Shown here: positions 26,576-32,000 of the stretch, piece after piece
How positions within the stretch are numbered: the first letter of the stretch is position 1
How the letters are laid out: every line of letters starts with the position of its first letter
Origin: Promethearchaeota archaeon
GTDB taxonomy: Archaea; Asgardarchaeota; Lokiarchaeia; Sigyniarchaeales; Promethearchaeaceae
Reading direction: 5' to 3'
Length of the DNA stretch: 32,000 nucleotides
NCBI GenBank assembly: GCA_016933055.1
Contig: JAFGBS010000004.1
Location: 180,001-212,000, forward strand
The notes under the pieces: model-generated
Database searches by the model: none
What the model saw: the letters and a program-made list of their open reading frames with translations, nothing else
What the model was told of the DNA's origin: nothing
Position numbers and translations under genes: made by a program

Positions 26576-27526
26576 TTAGTTAAATAAGATATTAGTATTA
26601 GTCAAGATTAAAGTGAGGATCAGCATTAGTACCATTAAAATGAAAACCAATAACCAAATTTTTGGATTCCATTTTCGAATATTTTCTCCATCCAGAATAC
26701 TAAAAGGGAGAAGATTAAACGCACCTAGCATATAATTAAAGCTTGCGGCGGTTAAGAGTAATAATCTCCATAATTCACTGAATAAGGGAGCAATACCTAA
26801 TACAAACAAAATAGTACCTAATATTAAATTAGATAATGGTCCGGCCAATTTTATCATCCCCGTTTCTCTACTAATATTTTCTAACCCAATTACTACTACA
26901 GCACCTGGTAAAGCAAATTTAACTGGAAGAAAAATACAGACTGCCGTCATAATCACTCCCATGGTAAATAATCGGAATTTGGTTTGCAATCCATAGTGTA
27001 TTGCAGTTTGTCGATGGGAGAATTCATGTACTAAAAAAGCAACTAAATACATTAAAGATAAAAATCCAATTATTAATATTTTCAATCCCATATCAGGAAT
27101 AGATGAGAATTGATACGCAAATCCTGAAATAGACAAACTCAGAACAAGTATCGATGATATTATCACATGAGCCGCTTCTGATAACTTAGGCCAAAGTATT
27201 CCTGGAATTTTGACTCCCGAAGAAGGATCAAAAACATCTGGATTTTCTACTTGGTCAGGTTTTCTATACCAGTAATATGAACCATCGGTATAAACGTTAC
27301 TGGAAGAAGGTGAAGTAACTGCGGATGAAGTGGGAACTAAATCCTCATTTTCTGTTGTTGGGGGATCAGAAAACGCGTATTTCGAAGCATCGTAAGGATT
27401 TTGAATAGGACTTAAAGGACAATCATGTTGATGGGTAGATAAATGATCTGGACAATAATGTTGTTTACAATAGAAACATTGGGTTAAATTTGGGTATTCT
27501 AAACCGCAATAATAACATTTAGGCAT
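26576..27526 (-). CDS. AN1-like zinc finger + M50 (site-2) intramembrane metalloprotease
   Basis: CYYC...CFYCKQHYCPDH...HQHDC, then HEFSH (HExxH), AGPLSN and FNLLPFSILDG. Confidence 0.9.
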   Translation of the reverse strand: MPKCYYCGLEYPNLTQCFYCKQHYCPDHLSTHQHDCPLSPIQNPYDASKYAFSDPPTTENEDLVPTSSAVTSPSSSNVYTDGSYYWYRKPDQVENPDVFDPSSGVKIPGILWPKLSEAAHVIISSILVLSLSISGFAYQFSSIPDMGLKILIIGFLSLMYLVAFLVHEFSHRQTAIHYGLQTKFRLFTMGVIMTAVCIFLPVKFALPGAVVVIGLENISRETGMIKLAGPLSNLILGTILFVLGIAPLFSELWRLLLLTAASFNYMLGAFNLLPFSILDGENIRKWNPKIWLLVFILMVLMLILTLILTNTNILFN

Positions 27527-27576
27527 ATACTCAAAAAAAATAAGTTTTTCTTACTTTAATATATTCTGCGCATAAA

Positions 27577-27837
27577 TTAATCTAAATTTTTCATTTTCCA
27601 TAATTCTACAATTTTTCGGAAAATGATATCCCCAATGTCATTTAATTCATCTAATGGCTCTTCATGGGATTTAGGTTTTTGTTCTTGATTATCTTCGCTT
27701 ATAAAATAATCAATAGTTCCCTTGGGTTTTTTAATAGAGTTATCCTTTTTTTTGGGTGATGGAGAAGAGATAGTCAACTGAGAGGATGGATTGCTTTGAA
27801 GTGATTTTTCCCAGTCATAAAATGATATTGAACTCAT
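27577..27837 (-). CDS. Small, largely disordered hypothetical protein
   Basis: 86-aa ORF with a strong GGAGAGGAG site 5 nt before the ATG; S/P/K-rich middle and a helical C-terminus. Confidence 0.7.
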   Translation of the reverse strand: MSSISFYDWEKSLQSNPSSQLTISSPSPKKKDNSIKKPKGTIDYFISEDNQEQKPKSHEEPLDELNDIGDIIFRKIVELWKMKNLD

Positions 27838-28081
27838 AGTATCTCCTCTCCATTTTAGGGTGTGTGTGTAAGAAGGAAAAAGCGAGAAACTTATTTAAAA
27901 AGAAGGAGCGTGGAAAAAATTTAGATCATAAAGAAAATGCAACAAAAATGCAAGGTGAGGGATATTCCAACGTGAAAGGTTATCCATTTAAGGATTAGGT
28001 TTAAAAAAATTTTTATTAAAACTTGGATATGGCTAACTAATTTCATTTCACCTTTCGAAGGAAAGAAAAAGGCAAAAAAAA

Positions 28082-29305
28082 ATGCTAAAAGTTTCTAGAT
28101 CAAATAGGTTACCAGTGGAAAAATCAAATACACCTGAAATGGTAGAACGCAAAGGTAAAGGACATCCCGATTCTGTAGCTGATGAATGCGCTGAAGAAAT
28201 TTCTCGAAGATTAAGTCTATATTATCAAGAAAAATTTGGACAAGTATTTCATCATAATGTAGATAAACTTGCTTTAATTGGTGGGGTTGCAATACCAGAA
28301 TTCGGTGGAGGGGAAATTATTGAACCCATGAAAATCTTAGCGATTGGACGTGCAACGGATCAAGTGTTTTTGGGGGGAAAACTCAGAAAAATTCCTATTG
28401 GCACCATTTCCATAAAAAGCTGTAGGGATGTCATCATACGCACTTTCCGTGAGGTTGATCCAAATTTACACTGCCAATACGATTATGCACTGCGCCCCGG
28501 ATCAGTTGATCTTGTAGGTGTATTTGAGGGGTATAATACAGCCATACCTTTAGCGAATGACACTAGTTTCGGAGTAGGATTCGCTCCCTACTCTGATGCA
28601 GAAAAAATCACTCTTGAAACGGAATTATTCTTGAATAGCAAGGAATTTAAAGACAAATGCCCTGCCTCGGGAGAAGATATCAAGGTGATGACCAATCGAA
28701 TTGGAAAGGATATCAACTTAACCGTATGCAATGCCATAATCTCAAAATATGTGAAGGATAAGGCAGAATATGTGAACACAATTAATACTATCCAAAATGC
28801 AATTTTAGATTTAGCTGTAAAAATTGTTCCAGATAAGAATGTTAATGTTGGAGTAAATGTAGGGGATCTACTTGATAAAGATGTTATGTTTTTAACTATC
28901 ACTGGTACTAGTGCTGAGAATGGGGATGACGGAATTGTTGGTAGAGGAAATAGAACTAGTGGATTAATTACACCTACCCATTGTAGACCCCAATCTCTTG
29001 AAGCGGCTGCTGGAAAAAATCCAATTAACCATGTTGGAAAAATTTACTCGATTATGGCTCAACTCATTTCCAAGAAAATTTACCAAGAAGCAAAAGGGGA
29101 TGCAATAGAAGTCTACGTGCGGTTGCAAAGTCAGATTGGACACCCAATTAACAAACCTTGGTTAGGGGATATTGAGATAATTCCTTCTCATAATACGAAT
29201 TTTGCGTCATTAGAACGCCTTGCTATTGAAACTGCCCAGTTTATCTTGAATGATTATTTAGGCATTCGCGACCAAATTATCAACGGTCATCACCAAATAT
29301 GGTAA
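28082..29305 (+). CDS. mat: Archaeal-type S-adenosylmethionine synthetase
   Basis: VERKGKGHPDS.AD, ANDTSFGVG, GEDIKVM, GTSAENGDDG.VGRGNR, EAAAGKNP.NHVGKIY. Confidence 0.97.
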   Translation: MLKVSRSNRLPVEKSNTPEMVERKGKGHPDSVADECAEEISRRLSLYYQEKFGQVFHHNVDKLALIGGVAIPEFGGGEIIEPMKILAIGRATDQVFLGGKLRKIPIGTISIKSCRDVIIRTFREVDPNLHCQYDYALRPGSVDLVGVFEGYNTAIPLANDTSFGVGFAPYSDAEKITLETELFLNSKEFKDKCPASGEDIKVMTNRIGKDINLTVCNAIISKYVKDKAEYVNTINTIQNAILDLAVKIVPDKNVNVGVNVGDLLDKDVMFLTITGTSAENGDDGIVGRGNRTSGLITPTHCRPQSLEAAAGKNPINHVGKIYSIMAQLISKKIYQEAKGDAIEVYVRLQSQIGHPINKPWLGDIEIIPSHNTNFASLERLAIETAQFILNDYLGIRDQIINGHHQIW

Positions 29306-29400
29306 AACTTATTTCAATACAGATGGTTTATCTACATACTCAATTTTTATTTATTCCTTTCACTTATCATACTTAGTATTAATAAGATGGAGATGAGTAT

Positions 29401-29715
29401 ATGGGATTAGATAAATTCATGGGAATCGATTCAGATAAACCTGAAAAAAAGAAAACCAGTAAGAAAAAGAAAATAAGTTCCCCGATCAAAGCCTCTCTCA
29501 ATGAAATACTTGAGGCTCCAAACTCTGTCAAACCGATGTCTTCTAAATCAGATTTATCTACACCTGAATTATTTAATTTCGTTACCCTACACTACAAATG
29601 TACTAGTTGTAAGAAATATAAAAAAACTATGAAGAGACCCCATTCCTTCACTCCTTCAGAAAAAGATTTGATTTGCCCCAAATGTGGGTCTCAGTTGAAA
29701 TTGACTACGAAATAA
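29401..29715 (+). CDS. Small zinc-ribbon protein
   Basis: 104 aa with C-terminal CTSC...CPKC, a K/S-rich linker and GGAG upstream. Confidence 0.75.
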   Translation: MGLDKFMGIDSDKPEKKKTSKKKKISSPIKASLNEILEAPNSVKPMSSKSDLSTPELFNFVTLHYKCTSCKKYKKTMKRPHSFTPSEKDLICPKCGSQLKLTTK

Positions 29716-30916
29716 AGGATTGCTGAAGATTTTTTATGGTTTCGACTACATAATCCAATTGAGACTGATCTGATAATAATAACTCTTGAGGCAATTCAAT
29801 TAATCGGGATGAGACTTCCGAAGTCACGGGAAAATTGACATCATCAGATTTCTTCCCACCCCAATTTGCCGAACTATAATCAATCCCTTTTCGTAATTTT
29901 ATATTCTTGAAACACTTCAAACCATGAAGAGGAGGATATGTATCATCGGTTGGGATACCATTATTATTCAAATAGTCATAAAATTGTTGTTTAGAGATGT
30001 TTCCAAATTTATCAGGTTCAAAAACGAAAGGAAAAACATAATTTGCACATTCTTGTACATGTTTCTCTCGTTTCTGACACATAATCCCTTCGATTTCATT
30101 AAGTCTCTTCCTAAGATATTGTGCATTTCTATTTCGTTGAGCGTGTTGTTTTGGAAATTTCTTTAGCTGACTCCGTAACAATGCACAACATAGCTCAGAT
30201 AAACGGTAATTGGATCCATATGTAAAATGATCATAGGAACGCTTTCCCTCTTTTCGTCCACAATCAATAATACTATAAATTTTATGAGCGAGATCATCAT
30301 TATTCGTAATAACTGCCCCTCCTTCTCCGGATGTCAATACTTTGGATGCTTGGAAACTGAATGTCCCAATATCACCCCATGTTCCCATGCGTTTTCCCAT
30401 GTATCTGCTTCCTTGGGCGTGCGCGGAATCTTCAATAACGAATAAGTCATGTTTCTTAGCAATTTCGCAGATTCTACCCATATGTGCGGGCATCCCTCCT
30501 AAATGTACTGTAATTATAGCTTTTGTCCGTTCTGTGATGAGGGTTTCTATCTTTTTATCATCAATATTGAATGTTTCACGATCTATTTCCGCAAAAATAG
30601 GTACCGCATTTACGGATACAACACAAGATGCTGATGCGAAAAACGTCATATCAGGAACGATAACTTCATTTCCTAAACCGATGTCTAAAGCTTGCAATGC
30701 AATTTCCAATGCATGGGTTCCATTGGTTACTGCAAATGCATGCTTGACTTCGCAAAATTCTGCAAACTCTTTTTGAAATTCCCAGAAATGCTCTCCACAA
30801 TGATTTGCAGGAGAACCTGCCCACCATTTACCGCTTTTAATTACCCCCGTTACTATATCTACATCCTCTTTATCCCATTGAGGCCATAGCGGAAATTTAG
30901 AATTGGATTTATCCAT
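29705..30916 (-). CDS. DegT/DnrJ/EryC1/StrS PLP-dependent sugar aminotransferase
   Basis: NGTHAL, TFFASA, IEDSAHAQG, SFQASK (PLP lysine) and TSGEGG, GSNYRLSE. Confidence 0.95.
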   Translation of the reverse strand: MDKSNSKFPLWPQWDKEDVDIVTGVIKSGKWWAGSPANHCGEHFWEFQKEFAEFCEVKHAFAVTNGTHALEIALQALDIGLGNEVIVPDMTFFASASCVVSVNAVPIFAEIDRETFNIDDKKIETLITERTKAIITVHLGGMPAHMGRICEIAKKHDLFVIEDSAHAQGSRYMGKRMGTWGDIGTFSFQASKVLTSGEGGAVITNNDDLAHKIYSIIDCGRKEGKRSYDHFTYGSNYRLSELCCALLRSQLKKFPKQHAQRNRNAQYLRKRLNEIEGIMCQKREKHVQECANYVFPFVFEPDKFGNISKQQFYDYLNNNGIPTDDTYPPLHGLKCFKNIKLRKGIDYSSANWGGKKSDDVNFPVTSEVSSRLIELPQELLLSDQSQLDYVVETIKNLQQSFIS

Positions 30917-30948
30917 TTGATATCATATTAAAATTGGATAGATTCCTT

Positions 30949-31938
30949 TTAGATATATTGGAGTTTATCTTGAACCAGTTTAAATGCTATCATATGAAAA
31001 ACTTCGTCAACTAAATCCTTATTTAAGGCGGACGTCTCGATATAAGGGATTTTTAACTCCTTAGCTAAGTTTTCTCCCTCATCTGTGGTCACTACTCGCC
31101 CAAGATCTGTTTTATTTCCAATTAAAATTAAACTAATCTTTTCCCCTGCCCCCTTAAAGAATTCTTCATACCATTTGTTAATAGATTCGAAAGTCTGTGG
31201 TCGTGTTACATCAAATACTAAAAATCCTGCTTTCGCACTAGATAAATATGATTGTCGAACACGAGCAAACTGTCCTTGACCAGCTAAATCGTAGATCATG
31301 AAACGGACGCTAGTATTAATATTATCTAAAGTACAATCTTTTCGCAATATGTTAGCCCCAATCGTAGGTTTATAATCTACTTCGAATTTTCCTCCTACAA
31401 ATGTATGCACAAGAGTTGTTTTCCCTACCCCACCATCACCACCCAGAACCAGTTTGTATATAAACTCCCCCTCGGGAGAGATTTTTTGAAGCGTATTTTT
31501 GTTTTCGCTTAAAATTAATTGGGTTTTTCCTAAATGTGGAATGATAGGGGATACTATACGACCATCCAAAACACGAGCTATTTTTTCTGCCATAATATAA
31601 GCATAAGGAAACACATCATCCAATGAAGCATATAAATCAATAATAGTCACTAAAACAGCCAATTCACCTGCCTCAATAAAGATCATGCGATATTCTTCTG
31701 TATCGAAAGTTCCTGCCCCGAATCCACTGGATTTAAACTCTTCTGATATTCTTTTTAATGTAGGTTCTACTAACGCACTCAATCCGCCTACTTTTTCACT
31801 ATCCAGCTCTATTGAACCTGACTTGTCCTTTGCAGCAAAGAGTAATCCATCTCTATCTGCTATCACGACCGATACTAGAGAATCCACAACTTTAAAATAC
31901 CAATCCAACAATTCGGATAATTTCTTAGTATCCACCAT
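30949..31938 (-). CDS. Roadblock/LC7 domain fused to a Rab/Ras-like small GTPase
   Basis: N-terminal VSVVIADRDGL...F.EAG..AVLV roadblock. GTPase motifs G1 GDGGVGKT, G2 PTIG, G3 DLAGQ, G4 NKTD and G5 ETSA. GGGTGAG lies upstream. Confidence 0.92.
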   Translation of the reverse strand: MVDTKKLSELLDWYFKVVDSLVSVVIADRDGLLFAAKDKSGSIELDSEKVGGLSALVEPTLKRISEEFKSSGFGAGTFDTEEYRMIFIEAGELAVLVTIIDLYASLDDVFPYAYIMAEKIARVLDGRIVSPIIPHLGKTQLILSENKNTLQKISPEGEFIYKLVLGGDGGVGKTTLVHTFVGGKFEVDYKPTIGANILRKDCTLDNINTSVRFMIYDLAGQGQFARVRQSYLSSAKAGFLVFDVTRPQTFESINKWYEEFFKGAGEKISLILIGNKTDLGRVVTTDEGENLAKELKIPYIETSALNKDLVDEVFHMIAFKLVQDKLQYI

Positions 31939-32000
31939 ATATATCTCACCCTTTAAGTAAGATAATCTAAAAATAGGAATGCTAACAAAATCGTAAATAG

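Noticed and set aside
655-31960. Numerous 60-145 aa ORFs nested in or antisense to long genes
   Set aside because: They lie within well-supported genes and show no motifs or SD sites; treated as shadow ORFs.
1-32000. CRISPR arrays, transposases, integrases and long repeats
   Set aside because: No regularly spaced repeats or recombinase/transposase motifs were seen. Short repeats such as GGTAACAC x2 (about 22135-22155) are within chance.

Overview
This AT-rich archaeal window is most likely from an Asgard archaeon. The inference rests on GatDE, archaeal SAM synthetase, Nop5/fibrillarin, Elf1 and SmAP3, plus a roadblock–Rab-like GTPase fusion. Bases 1-10.9 kb are housekeeping genes: gatD (partial), gatE, elp3, pyrK, pyrD, nop5, flpA, rnhB, a COG1395-type HTH regulator, and an Elf1 with a long C-terminal extension. 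Bases 11091-19550 hold the main unexplained element, a tightly coupled eight-gene + strand operon. Its only confidently named product is a stand-alone AAA+ ATPase. By eye it also encodes a short SMC/Rad50-like coiled-coil protein with a degenerate ABC head, one or two tandem winged-helix (KITE-like) proteins, a kleisin-like candidate and a duplicated Zn-ribbon + PC4/PUR-like protein. This could be a divergent SMC-type DNA-handling or defence complex. The remainder has a galactokinase-like GHMP kinase, a 7TM protein, a candidate ~340-nt structured ncRNA next to SmAP3, a HypB lacking its metal-binding His, and an orphan Zn-ribbon adenine methyltransferase. It also has two adjacent AN1-zinc-finger intramembrane protease genes (a rhomboid pseudoprotease and an intact M50), mat, two small proteins with PIP-like motifs, a RifK-like aminotransferase and the roadblock-GTPase. 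Three genes appear to start at ATT codons. No tRNA, rRNA, CRISPR array or transposase was recognised. All fold assignments come from manual motif reading and need HMM or structure searches.
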